Shown one piece after another: positions 47,328 through 59,964 of a DNA stretch of 64,000 nucleotides. Position 1 is the first letter of the stretch. Each line of letters starts with the position of its first letter. The notes beneath the pieces were generated by a model that saw only the letters and a list, made by a program, of their open reading frames with translations, was not told the origin of the DNA and made no database searches. The position numbers and the translations under genes are program-made. Origin of the DNA: Mustelus asterias (taxonomy: Eukaryota); NCBI RefSeq assembly GCF_964213995.1, contig NC_135818.1, positions 85,250,001 to 85,314,000 of the forward strand. Reading direction: 5' to 3'.

Positions 47328-47665
47328 GAATCACAGGAGGAATTCATTCAGCCCATCGAGTCTGCACTGACTCTCTGGCAGAGCACCTTACTCAGGCCCT
47401 CCCCTTCAGCCCTATCCCCCTAACCCCACACATTCATCCCGCTAATCCCCCTAACCTACACATCTTGGGACATTAAGGGGCAATTTTAGCATGACCTGCC
47501 TAACCTGCACATTTTTGGATTGTGGGAGGAAACCGGAGCACCTGGGGGAAACCCACACAGACACAGGGAGAACGTGTAGACTCTGCATAGTCACCCAAGG
47601 CTGGAATTGAACCCAGGTCCCTGATGCTGTGAGACAGCAGTGCTAACCACTGTGCCACCATGCCG
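47328..47665 (-). mobile_element. HE1/V-type SINE
   Basis: Full-length reverse-complement copy. Confidence 0.85.
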
Positions 47666-47909
47666 CGTGAACAGGAGGAGGCCATTCAGCCACTTGAGCA
47701 TGTTATGCCGTTGAATTAGATCACGGCTGAACTGTATCTTCAGCCCATCTGCCTGCTTCCATCTGTACATTAAGATCCTTGCCAAACTAACATTTATCAA
47801 TCACAATTGTGAAATCTTCAATTTCCCCTCAGCCTCAGCAGTATTTTCATGGGAGGAGATTCCAGATTTCCCCCTTTGTATGAGGACACGCTTCCAAGTG
47901 AAACCCTTG

Positions 47910-49215
47910 AGGAGTATAGAGGGTGTAGGAGTACACTTGAAGGGAAATCAGGAGGGCAAAAATGGGACATGAGATAGCTTTGGCAGATGTTAAAGGAGAA
48001 TCCAAAGAGATTTTACAAGTATATCAAGGGCAAAAGTGTAACTGGGGAGAGAATAGGGCCCCTTATAGATCAACAAGGTCATCAATGTGTGAAGCCACAG
48101 CAGATGGGTGAGATCCTAAATGAATATTTCTGGTCAGTATTTACTGTGGAGAAAGACATGTAAGCTAGGGAACTCAGGGAAGTAAATAGTGATGTCTTGA
48201 AAAGCGTCCACATTGCAGAAGACAAGGTGCTGAAGGTCTTAAAACGCATAAAGGTAGATAAATTCCCAGGACCTGATCAAGTGTATCCCAGGACATTGTG
48301 GGAAGCTAGGGAAGAAATTGTGAGGACCCTAGTGGAGATATTTGTATCATCAACAGCCACGGGTGAGGTGCCGGAAGACTGGAGGGAGGCAAATGTTGTG
48401 CCGGTATTTAAGAAAGGCGGCAGGGAAAAGCCAGGGAACTACTGACCGTTGAGCCTAACATCAGTGGTGGGTAAATTGTTGGAGGGGATTCTGAGAGACA
48501 GGATCTACAAGCATTTGGAGGGGCAAGGACTGATTAGGGACAGTCAGCCCGGCTTTGTGAGTGGAAAATCATGTCTTACAAATTTGATAGTTTTTTGAAG
48601 GGGTAACCAAGAAAGTAGATGAGGGAACTGTGGTAGATGTTGTCTACATGGACTTTAGCAAGGCCTTTACAAGGTAGACTGCATGGTAGACTGGTCAGTA
48701 TGATAAGATCACATGGGATTCAGGGAGAACTAGCCAATTAGAAAAAAAATGGGCTTGCCGGGAGGAGAGCAAGGGTGGTGGTAGAAGGTTGTTTTCAGAC
48801 TGGAGGCCTGTGATCAGTGGTGTGCAGCAGGGATCGGTGCTGCGTCCACTGTTATTTGTCATTTATATAAACGAGTTGGATGACAATATAGGAGGCATGG
48901 TTAGTAAGTTTGCAGATGACACCAAGATTGTTGGTGCAGTGGACGGAGAAGAAGATTATCTAAGACTACAACAGAACCTTGATCAACTGGATTAGTGAGG
49001 CGAGGAATGGCAGGTGGAGTTTAATTCAGACATTTTGGTAAGAGGTGGGTACAATTACAACATTTAAAAGACATTTGGACAGGTACAGGACAGATACAGG
49101 TTTAGAGGGGTATGGGCCAAACACAGGCAAATCAGTTCAGTTTAGGAAACCTGGTTGGCATGGACGAATTGGGCCGAAGAGCCTATTTCCGTGCTGTATA
49201 TCTATGACTCCATGA
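47910..49215 (+). mobile_element. Degraded, internally deleted CR1 ORF2 fragment
   Basis: PGPDQVYPR..VPEDWREANVVPVFKKG..PGNY; QGSVLRPLLF..KFADDTK. Confidence 0.9.
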
Positions 49216-49436
49216 GATCGCCCATCAACTCTAATTTTAAGGAGAAGCCTTTTTTATTTTGGAGCCATCAGAGGAAATAGTTTCTCTACATCCTTCCTAT
49301 CGATTCCTATAAACAATTTAAAATTATGCATACCTGAAATTTGCTGAAAGGGGACACATGTTTCTGTCTCGCACCCATCAGGACAAATGCAAGAATGCCA
49401 AATTTCAAACAATCGCAATAATTTAACATCCTATCA

Positions 49437-50128
49437 CCATTATTCACCCTGCCCCTATTAAACTCCCCGTCCCCATTATACACCCTATCCCCATTATACA
49501 CCCTATCCCCATTATACACCCTATCCCCATTATACACCCTATCCCCATTATACACTCTGCCCCATTATACACCCTATCCCCATTATACACCCTATCTCCA
49601 TTATACACCCTATCCCCATTATACACTCTGCCCCATTATACACCCTATCCCCATTATACACCCTATCCCCATTATACACTCTGCCCCATTATACGCCCTG
49701 TCCCCATTATACTCCCCGTCCCCATTATACTCCCCGTCCCCATTATACACCCCATCCCCATTATACACCCCATCCCCATTATACACCCTATCCCCATTAT
49801 ACACCCTATCCCCATTATACACCCTATCCCCATTATACACCCTATCCCCATTATACACTCTGCCCCATTATACACCCTATCCCCATTATACACCCTATCT
49901 CCATTATACACCCTATCCCCATTACACTCCCCATCCCCATTATACACCCTGTCCCATTATATACCCTGTCCCCATTATACACCCTGTCCCCATTATACAC
50001 TCTGCCCCATTATACACCCTGTCCCCATTATACTCCCCGTCCCCATTATACTCCCCGTCCCCATTATACACCCTGTCCCCATTATACACTCTGCCCCATT
50101 ATACACCCTGTCCCCATTATACCCCCTG
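49437..50128. repeat. 18-bp minisatellite (CCCCATTATACACCCTAT) with 17-bp variants, about 38 units
   Basis: Direct tandem array; gives spurious (YNGDRV)n and (CIMGIG)n ORFs. Confidence 0.95.
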
Positions 50129-50134
50129 TTCCTT

Positions 50135-50375
50135 GGGGACTTGGTTAGCTCAGTCGGTTGGGTAGCTGGATTATGATGCAGAGCAACGCCAACAGCGCGG
50201 GTTCAATTCCCATTCCTAGTTGAGGTTATTCATGAAGGCCCCACCTTCTCAATCTTGCCTCTCACCTGAGGTGTTCTAACCCTCAGGTTAAAATCTCCAC
50301 CAGTCAGCTTTCTCCCTGAAAGGGGAGAGCAGCCTATGGTCATTTGGAACTATGGTGACTTTACCTTACCTTTTA
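50135..50375 (+). mobile_element. tRNA-derived SINE of a third family
   Basis: tagctcagtcgg A box and ggttcaattcc B box; 3' part repeated at 60290-60385, head at about 57118-57200. Confidence 0.7.
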
Positions 50376-50599
50376 CCTTTACACCCTGGCCCTATTGGAC
50401 ACACATGCACAGATATTGCACACAGATAGCACACTGCCCCCCCCTCCCCCTCCCCCCCCCCAAACAAACACAGACCGATAAGCTCAGACAGTCCTTGGAA
50501 TGTGCCTCTTTTATACAGCACACTTTGTCAGTTGACCTTTACACATCTAAATACATACGTTGTTTTTACTGATATCCCATCAGAGGTTTAATTAGCGAA

Positions 50600-51640
50600 T
50601 CATGCATTTGTTGAACTCTGGTAATCATTTTCTTTCGGTTTTTCGAGTCTTTGCGATATCAGACTTATTTTGGCTGTAGCCGGTGAATTGGTCTTCATCT
50701 CCACATTCTCAATTTCTTTCCTTCTTTTGCAAGGAAGGAGGTTTGTAATAGGATCCAGGAACCTGCCTAACCAGCCCTGTGAACTCGGCGATATTAAACA
50801 GTACAAAATGGGATCAGCTAGACAATTTAAACTCGTCAGCAGAAGTCCAAAATGGTAAGCCTCAAAAACTGCATCTGCAAATTTACAGTCATACTCAGAT
50901 ATGGTCCGGACCATCAAGAAAATGTGATAAGGAACAAAGCAAGCGAGGAAAATGATGATTGTTGCAGACACCAACTTTTTAATTCTCAATTTCCGCTGTC
51001 TTTCAAGCCCATGGCTGTTGTGGACAACCACCAGCACCCTGTAGTAAGAGTAGATTAATAAAACTAAAGGGAGGAAGAAGCCAGCAGACAGCTTGTAAAT
51101 ATTTAAGTATCTGTCCTCTGTCTGCATGGGATATTGTTCGAAACACAAGGTGTCATTCTCCTTGTCTTTACTGAGAACCTGGGAGTGGATGTAAAAGCTG
51201 CAGACAGGTATCTCCTTGAGCCAGATGAGAGCACTGATCAACACTGCAGCCTTCCTGGTGTGTAAGAATTTAAATTTCATTGGGTAGGCCACGACGAGGA
51301 AGCGATTAATGGAGATGAAACAGAGGAAACAAATGCTGATGTAGATATTCTGGTAGAGGAACATACCACTGAGAATGCAGAGTGCCCGAGAGAGGACCCA
51401 GTCATCGTGCTGTAGCATATACTGAACCCAGAAGGGCAAGGAAATGAGGTACAACAGGTCTGAGATGGTCAGATTGCAGAGATAGATTCCCAGCTCATTC
51501 TTCTGTCTGATCTGCAGGTAGCTGTGATACAGGGACAGCAGATTAGTCGGGAGGCCGATGATGAAGACAACGGAGTAAACAATGGGAAACAGGATCTGAT
51601 GGATACTGTGGTCGACCGTACAGTTGCTCATGTTGGTCAT
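50600..51640 (-). CDS. Second GPR68/OGR1-like GPCR paralogue, 346 aa (first ATG at 51640)
   Basis: 7 TM segments; CTVDHSIHQ, LQHDDW, SINRF (DRY variant), WLKE, CFEQYP, AYHFGLLLTSLNCLADPILY. Confidence 0.9.
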   Translation of the reverse strand: MTNMSNCTVDHSIHQILFPIVYSVVFIIGLPTNLLSLYHSYLQIRQKNELGIYLCNLTISDLLYLISLPFWVQYMLQHDDWVLSRALCILSGMFLYQNIYISICFLCFISINRFLVVAYPMKFKFLHTRKAAVLISALIWLKEIPVCSFYIHSQVLSKDKENDTLCFEQYPMQTEDRYLNIYKLSAGFFLPLVLLIYSYYRVLVVVHNSHGLERQRKLRIKKLVSATIIIFLACFVPYHIFLMVRTISEYDCKFADAVFEAYHFGLLLTSLNCLADPILYCLISPSSQGWLGRFLDPITNLLPCKRRKEIENVEMKTNSPATAKISLISQRLEKPKENDYQSSTNA

Positions 51641-51776
51641 TATTGAACACAAGACTGGAACCTTTTTAAAAAATGAACTTAATTTCGCGCTGATTCCCAG
51701 GCAACAGTCTTGTGTTTAGTGTCAAAATTGTCCTGATAATTCTCCCTTTACTTCCTCTTTATTGAAAGTCGTCTGG

Positions 51777-51800
51777 CTGGAAAACAAAAAAAAGAGAAGC
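51777..51800 (-). promoter_or_regulatory. Candidate splice acceptor for the coding exon
   Basis: Minus strand cttctctttttttgttttccAG, a strong polypyrimidine tract about 135 nt upstream of the ATG. Confidence 0.6.
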
Positions 51801-52807
51801 TGTGAAACAACTTAATACTTTGCAATTTTGATGACTTATCAATTATTAAATGGCTCTCTGCTGTTGCCGCATTGTGTTAACAGGATTCATTTTGGAGAAG
51901 AGACATTACGAGGTTACCTCAGCTTTTTATCAAGTACTGTATTGGCTATTGATCTATTGAAATATCCTTTATTGATCTCACTCAACCTGACAACATGGAT
52001 GCAGGATACAGTTGCTCTTTCATTTTTACTGAGTACATTAAGGAGACCTGTGGGTGAATTTAATGCCTCCAATGCAGTGTATTTGAAGGTGGGTGTGGAC
52101 ACGTAAAATGAAGTGTAAAACCAGTGCCCTGCCTTTCCACCCAACCCTAGGCTATCCCACATATTAGTGGGGTTGGTAGGTTGGCAGGCAGCTGCCTTCC
52201 CATAGGCTTATTGAGGTCCTTATGGACCTCATGCCACCTCTGCCGCAATTTTTCAATCTGTGAGGGAAAGGCGGAAGGATTGGAACTAGCCCAGCAGCTT
52301 TCACTGAATGAGGCAGGAAAAGCGAATACCTCCTTTCAGGGAGTACCTGTGCCTATCAGGGTATCCTTCCTTCCCCTCATCTCCTGGCCTCTCTCTAACA
52401 CTCTCCCTTACCCGCCTCCCATCCACTCACTGGGGTCTACCAGCTGTGCACATCCATGATCCCTGGTGCAGTATGTACCTTCCCTTCTTTGTGGGTTCTG
52501 GTTGAAATCTCAGCAATGGCCACTACCATCCTCTGGCACTACTGGGACTACAGAGCTGTCAGTCAATCAGATTGGTCAGCAGTTCTCTTTGATGGACAAC
52601 CCCCTGCCCCGCCCCCACATTCTGTACTGTATCACATTTATTTCTACACCACAACGTTCATAATTATGCAATCCTTTATTTATACTTTCTTTTTATTTTA
52701 ATTCTAGCCTATAACCATATACAAGTTATGATTACATCTTTTGTTTGTATCATCATCATAATTTGGCATCTGCTGCCATGTTGATTTTTCAGTCAACCAA
52801 TTGGAAG

Positions 52808-53145
52808 GCGATGGGGCGCAGTGGTATTGTTACTGGACAGGTAATCCAGCGATGCAGGGTAAGGTTCTGGGCACCTGGGTTTCAATCCCATCACAGCAGA
52901 AGGTGAAATTTAAATTCAATCAATAGAAAATCTGGATTTAAAAACTTGAAACATTGTCATAAAAATCCACCTGGTTCATTAATGCCTTTTAGGAAAGGAT
53001 ATGTGACAAGCTACATGTGATTCCAGACCCACACCTATGTGGTTGACTCTTAAAATGCCCTCTGAAATAGCAATAAAAGGCAATAAAGGATGTGCAATAA
53101 ATGCTGGCCCAGCAGGTGACACCCACATCCCATGTAAGAACAAAA
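52808..53145 (+). mobile_element. tRNA-derived SINE with an L2-like tail
   Basis: gcagtgg...tgggtttcaatccca head; caataaatgctggcc...cacccacatcccatg tail, also seen at about 57610-57868. Confidence 0.65.
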
Positions 53146-53726
53146 CTTCAAATATCATGTGGATTTTCTTCTCTCCAGATTCATGTTCATATTGAAAACA
53201 AGATAAATTTTCTAATCTAATTCATTAATTCGCTGGAGATCAAACACTCCCTTTTCTAAGTCCTACCATCATTCTACAATCTACAGGCGCTCAAAACCCA
53301 ACCGCTTATCAACAAACCATCAATTCTTGATAAACTTGTTTCTTAGTCTCTTGAACTATTGGGTACAGAGGCGTAAGAGCTAGGAATCACTCACTGGTTA
53401 AACAGTTCAGCCTTAACTATCTAGAGTCTTCAGTCCTACTCCAATAACTGGCAAGACACATTTACCAACACTCTCATCCTCCTGGACAGCTTATAAATTG
53501 AAAACTAGTCATCCACTATCATTTGATAGATCCCTTTCTCATGTCTACACTCCGGCTCTTATATTTACATAAACCTGCTATTCTCTTCCTCTACTTTCTC
53601 AATTTGGATATGGTCACTGCTCTTCACAACTTTCCTCTCGCACTTTCAAACTTTCAGCGATAGAGTCTAAGATAATCTTTCCCCTCCCTCAGAGAATGAT
53701 ATGGTACAGAAGGAGGACATTCTACC

Positions 53727-53921
53727 TGTGGTGATTATCCCTTTGAGGGCAACACAGCAGAGTAAGGGTCACATGGCCTGTGTAGCCAATCGGGACACAG
53801 TGTGGAATCACCCCATGGTGAGAGAGTCTCTTAGGCAAAGCGACATCAGGCTGCTCTATAATTCTTATTGATAAATACCTTTTGTGTTCATTAATGAAAT
53901 CTGTGAAAGTACATCTTTACA
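53727..53921 (+). mobile_element. Small solo LTR inserted into a CR1 tail
   Basis: TG...CA ends, near-perfect TSD CTACC/CTGCC, CCAAT- and TATA-like motifs. Confidence 0.55.
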
Positions 53922-55349
53922 CTGCCCACCATGCCTGTGTGGGGTCTTTGAGAGTGATTAGTCCCACAGCCATTGTATAGCCCTGCAAATTTCTCCCTTC
54001 AATTATTTATACAATTCTCTCTTGACAGTTACTATTGAATCTGCTTCCTCCATGCTCTCAGACAGTGATAGCTGGCTATGTTAAAAAATAATCTTGTTTT
54101 TTTTTTGCCAATTACCTTAAATCATTTTCCTTTAGTTACAGACTCTACCACAGACCCAGTTATTGCTTAAATGTGTGTAGTGAGGTATTTTAATTCACAC
54201 ATTACTGAATATGTACATGGTTAAATCACATCATCGCAGCAGGCAGTGACAAGTAACATGTGACAAAGCTGTTGGATAGCATGTGTATGTAGAACTCTCC
54301 TGTAATCCTCTATATAGCGCTGTGCTCAACAATAAATAACCTAGGCATTTGTTACCATTCATCAAGGTGTGATTGGTAAGTTGTGTTTTGAGGGCAATAA
54401 CACAACAACCATCACTAGAAACAATATCTCCTTATTTACTCGAGCAAAGCCCTTCATGATGTTGAACACATGCATCAAGGCCTGCATATATTGCTCATCC
54501 TTAATTCCCTGTGAGAAAGTGGTGGTGAGCCACCTTCTTAAACCACAGGATCCTTTACAGGCATCTGCGAAAACGAGCAGGTCCTCACCCAAAAACAGCA
54601 CCTTCGACAGCGCAGTGCTCCTTCAGTACTGCATCAGCACTACAGCCTAGATTGTTATGCTCAAGCCCTGAGTGTGGGACTTGAAGCTACGACCTTCTGA
54701 CTGAAAGGTAAGATCAGTGAGTGAGTTCCCAACTGAGCCATGTTTGGCACATATCTGAAAGAACTGCCCCAGAGGCTGGGGAGTTTCAATCTAATGTCTC
54801 ATCTGAAAGATGGTACCACCACACCAACAGTGCAGCACTCCCTCAGCCCCAGAGTGGAGAGTCCGCCTGGATTTTATGCTCAGGTTTTGTATGGGGATGC
54901 TGCTATTCTGGGAGGTGTCAAAAGTCCTAGCTGCCTGCTTAGGTGGAAATAAAAGATTCCCAACGTTAATCAAAGAGGAGCAGTAGAGTTCCGTCCAGTC
55001 AATAATACCCCCTTAACCAAAAATCCAGCAACAACAAAAGTTAGTTTATTTATCTCATCTGTTGCTTGTGGGAAATTCCCCTGTGTACAACTGCTGCACT
55101 TTCCTATTCCTCTTTAATCAGCACTGCCCTTCTCTTTTTCTTCTGTTTATATTTACTGTATTTTCTTGCCCAGTTGTTAGCCGGTTTCTGTTGCAGTTAA
55201 TTCTAGAGTTTACTGTAAAATAATTATTTCCAGCTCCCTCAATTTATTTCCCACATTCTATGCCTTACAGTTCATGCATGTTAATTTGTTGTTTTAAGCA
55301 TTATTACTTTATCCTTTTAACTACTGCCACCACCTTCACATCAAAGAAT

Positions 55350-55635
55350 AGAATCATAATCATAGAATCATAGAATCCCTACAATGCAGAAGGAGACCAT
55401 TTGGCCCATCGAGTCTGCACCGACCACAATCCCATAGCCCTATTCCCGTAATCCCACATATTTACCCTTCTAGTCCCCCTGACACTAGGGTCCATTTAGC
55501 ATGGCCAATCAACCTAACCCGCACATCTTTGGACTGTGGGAGGAAAATGGAGCACCCGGAGGAAACCCACTCAGACACGGGGAGAATGTGCAGACTCCGC
55601 ACAGACAGTGATCCGAGGCTGGATTGAACCCAAGT
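55350..55635 (-). mobile_element. HE1/V-type SINE
   Basis: (catagaat)n tail and core, reverse complement. Confidence 0.85.
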
Positions 55636-56074
55636 TCATTGAATGATTACAGCACAGAAGCTTATTCAGGCCATCCAGTTCATGTTGGCTCTCTGAGAGG
55701 CCAATTTAGCTAGCTCCACACCATGTTTATATTCAATCCATTTGAATTTCATTACTCTACTCCATATCCCTTTCAAGGCAACTATGGGCAATGAGTGTGG
55801 ACAAAAATTAGATCAAATTTATAGCCCAACTGGAGATGCAGCCCAAGCTCAGCCATGATCATGTTGAATGGTGGAGCAGGTTCGATGGGCTGAATGGTCT
55901 ACTTCTGCTCCTATTTCTTGTGTTCTTGTGCTAACTGGTCCACACTGGTGTTTATACTCCACAGGAGCCTACTGCCACTCTTCCCCACTTCACCCATCAA
56001 CATTCCTTTCTCCTCCTCGCTCCCTCATGTAGCTACCTAGCTTCCTCTTAAAAGAAATTTACAAAATGATAAAA

Positions 56075-56748
56075 GTTTACAAAATTATGAGAGGCATGGG
56101 TAGAGTGGATAGTCATGAGTCTTTTTCCCAGGGTAGAACTGTCGATTACTAGGGGACATTGGTTTAAAGTAAAAGGAGGAAAGTTTAAAGGAGATGTGAG
56201 AGGCACGTTTTTTACACAGATGGTGTTAAATGCCTGGAATGCACTGCCAGAGGAGGTGGTAGAAGCAGATACAATAGCAGCATTTCATAGAATCATAGAA
56301 TCCTACAGTGCAGAAGGAGGCCATTCAGCCCATCAAGTCTGCACCGACCACAATCCCACCCGGGCCTTATCCCCATTTACTCTAGTTAGTTCTGACACTA
56401 AGGGAGAATTTAACATGGCCAGTCCACCTAACCCGCACATCTTTGGACTGTGGGAGGAAACCGGAGCACCCGGAGGAAACCCACGCAGACAACGTGCAAA
56501 CTCCACACAGACAGTGACCCAAGCCGGGAGTTGAACCTGGGTCCCTGGCACTGTGAAGCAGCAGTGCTAACCACTGTGCCACCATGCCGCCTCTTAAGAA
56601 GCATCTTGACAGATACATGATTAGGCAGGGAATGGAGAGATACAAACTGCATAGAGGCAAAGGGTCTTTAGATTAGAAAGGCGTCATGTGTTGACACAGA
56701 CTTGGTGGGCTGAAGGGCCTGTTCCTGTGCTGTACTGTTCTTTGTTTT
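56075..56748 (+). mobile_element. CR1 3' fragment with a nested minus-strand HE1/V SINE (56285-56590)
   Basis: LFPRVELSITRGHWFKVKG..FFTQMVLNAWNALP; the SINE interrupts it. Confidence 0.85.
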
Positions 56749-57279
56749 TTACAAATCCATGCTATTCACCTTGACAAATCCAAGTGGAGGCAAATGCCAC
56801 CAATGCAGCCAGGGGAATTTAAATTCAGTTCGTTAAATAAATCTGGAATAAAGAGCTATGAAGGTCATGTGGTGCATTGTGTAGTGTCCCTATCTCTGAG
56901 CCAGAAGCTTCAGTTTTGAGTGTCACTCCAGGACTTATGGTGAGTAGCAACCTGTAAATCCTCCCAATGCATGCCAACAGCAAGTGGTAGGAATTGGAAA
57001 GATTGCTGGTCAGTCATGTGATGGAAAGAAATTATAATCTCTTCCATCACAATCCATGGCTCCAAGCTGCAGAATGGCATCTACAATTGGATGTTGCCAC
57101 AGCAACTTGGATTCTTTGGAGGCTGGTTGGCTCAGTTGGCTAGATGGCTCATGTGAATCAGATTAGTAGCAATAGCACAGGATTTGATCTGGATTCAGGA
57201 CCTGCCTCCTTGCTGATGCTATGATTCTGTGGGTTGGGTAGAGAACCAAAGAAGAAAGAGCTAGTCTTAGTAGAATAGA

Positions 57280-57592
57280 AGAATCATAGAATCCCTACAG
57301 TACAGAACGAGGCCATTCGGCCCATCGAGCCTGCACCGACAAAAATCCCACCCTATGCCCGTAGCCCCACAGGTTTACCCTGCTAATCCCCCCAAAACTA
57401 GGGTGGATTTAGCATGGCCAATGCATCTACCCCACACATCTTCACACTGTGAGAGGAAACCGGAGCACCCAGAGGAAACCCATGCAGACAAGGGGGAGAA
57501 TGTGCAGACTCCACACAGACAGTGACCCAAGCTGGGAATCGAACCCAGGTCCCTGGTGCTGTGAGGCAGCAGTGCTAACCATTGTGCCACCC
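57280..57592 (-). mobile_element. HE1/V-type SINE
   Basis: Full reverse-complement copy. Confidence 0.85.
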
Positions 57593-58185
57593 AGTAATAG
57601 TGAGATAGTTGCAAAAACCCATCTGGTTGACCAGTGCCTTTAGGAAAGTAAATCTGCCATCCTTACCCCAGCCTGGCTGTTATGTGACTCCAGGTCCCCT
57701 GAAATGGCCAAGCAAGCCACTCAGTTATTTCAAACCCCTACGGAAATCTATAATTCTCATAGACTGCAGCTGTTCAAAGAAAAGCAACCAACATTTCCAA
57801 ACCAATTAGGAATGGACACAAAATCCTGGCCTGGCCAATGACACCCACATCCTGTGAATGAATAAAAACAAAATCTAACCACCCATTAAAAATGAATCAA
57901 TTGACTTTGCAATGCCCTGAGGTTGTGACTGGCCTTATAAACGCAAGTTTGAGTTATGAGCAAATCTGTATCTTTGACCTTTGTCAGTTTCCTCTTCGTT
58001 TTGCTCAGTTTATTTCCTGATCAGAGAAGTTAACTAAACATTAACACATCCTCCCCACCTCTCTCTCGGTAACTGACAGCGATGCTGTGTTTCCAATTCT
58101 TTCCATTATTATTCCTTTCCTTTTACAATCAACTGGCACTGGCAGCATGATCTCAGTCTGTGTTGACTTTAACCACACAGGCAGT

Positions 58186-58500
58186 GGGTGGTACAGTGGT
58201 TAGCACTGCTGCCTCACAGCGCCAGGGTCCCGGGTTCAACTCCAGCCTCGGGTCACTGTCTGTGTGGAGTCTGCACATTCTCCCCATGTCTGCGTGGGTT
58301 TCCTCCGGGTGTTCGGGTTTCCTCACACACTCCAAAGTTGTGCGGGTTAGGTTGATTGGTCGTGCTAAATTGACCCTAGTTTCAGGGAGATTAGCAGGGT
58401 AAATGCGTGAGGCTCCGGGAATAGGACCTGGGTAGGATTGTCATTGGTACAGACTCAATGGGCCAAATGGCCTCCTTCTGTACTGTAGGGATTCTATGAC
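58186..58500 (+). mobile_element. HE1/V-type SINE
   Basis: Full head, core and CR1-like tail. Confidence 0.88.
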
Positions 58501-58669
58501 TGCACACTCATTAAACTGAGTGTTACTCAGGTGCACAGGAAAGGGAAACTGAAGGTCTGAAATTAAGAGGTCTGCATTTCTATCGTGCCTTTCCTGACTG
58601 CAGGATTTAGCAAAGCATTTTAGAGTCAATGAAGCATGCTTGAAAAGTACTCACTGTCGTAACATAGTG

Positions 58670-58832
58670 ACAGTAAGAAGTCTCACAACACCAGGTTAAA
58701 GTCCAACAGGTTTATTTGGTAGCACGAACTTTCGGAGCAGCGCTGCCAAATAAACCTGTGGTTTTTAACCTGGTGTTGTGAGACTTCTTACTGTGCCCAC
58801 CCCAGTCCAATGCCGGCATCTCCACATCATGG
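58670..58832. mobile_element. Penelope-like fold-back remnant
   Basis: Same inverted arms as 5427-5620. Confidence 0.7.
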
Positions 58833-59364
58833 TAACGCAGCTATCAATTCATGCCCAGAAAGCCCCCACAAGCAGCAATGAGATACTCTGTTTTTGTGAT
58901 ATTGTTTGAGGGATAAATATTGGCCCAGACACTGGGCAGGACTCCCCCTGTCACTCTTCTTTGGAGTAGCATTGTGAAATCTTTTGCATCCACCTCAGAG
59001 GGCAGATATATAAAATCAAGTTAATTGTGCATCCAAAAGATGGCGCCTCTGGCAGAGCAGCACTCCCTCAGCACTGCACTTGGAAAGTTAGGCCTGGGTT
59101 ATATTCTCTTGTCTCTGGAATGGGACTTGAACACATGACTTCCAAACCATCCCAACACCCCGCCAACACCCCCCAAACCCCTCCCTCCGCCCCCCTCCTG
59201 CTGGGTGGCTCTGGTTGTATAGAAAGTGTGGCTGTTACTGAAACATGTCCAGTAGTTTGTGGAGTTGTGGTCTCCGAAACGTAGGAAAGAAGATGAGAGG
59301 GAGAAAAGAGATTGAGAGGGAGAAAAGAGATCATTTCTGGAATGTGCTGTCTTAATTTATCGCG

Positions 59365-59596
59365 TCACTGTCTGTGCGGAGTCTGCACATTCTCCCGATG
59401 ACTAACCCACAGTCCAAAGATGTGTGGGTCAGGTGGATTTGCCATGCTAAATTGCCCCTTGATGTCCCAAGATGTGAAGGTTAGGGGGATTAGCGGGGAT
59501 GGGGTGGGCCTAGGTAGGATACTCTTTCGGAGAATCGGTGCAGGCTCGATGGGCCAAATGGTCTCCTTCTGCACTGTAGGGATTCTATGATTCTAT
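59365..59596 (+). mobile_element. Truncated HE1/V-type SINE
   Basis: Core and attctatg tail. Confidence 0.8.
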
Positions 59597-59964
59597 AATT
59601 AAACCTTGCAGTTAACACTTGACAGAAAACCTGGTACCACTGAAGGTAAAAACAAAACTGTCTATGTCAATGGCCGAATGGAAGATAACCCACCAAAGGC
59701 AATGGATATCTAGAAGCAGTTTAACAACTGCTGAAAGAAATATTTATTATTCATTCATTAAACTAAATGCCACTTAAGCATTTAAATTAAAATTCTCAGC
59801 TGACATGCTGCATAGTCATCTAATTAGCCTGTTCAGTAAACAAATAATTACTTGTGTCTGTAGTGTCCTTGTCAGGTCAAAGTCCCACATGGCTTTACAC
59901 AAGTTACTTTATCAAAGAGTATAGTTTTTTTTATATTGCCCAGATCCCAGAGATAAATGAAATA

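Noticed and set aside
49307-49947. (YNGDRV)n and (CIMGIG)n repeat proteins
   Set aside because: Translations of the 18-bp minisatellite, with frames broken by 17-bp units.
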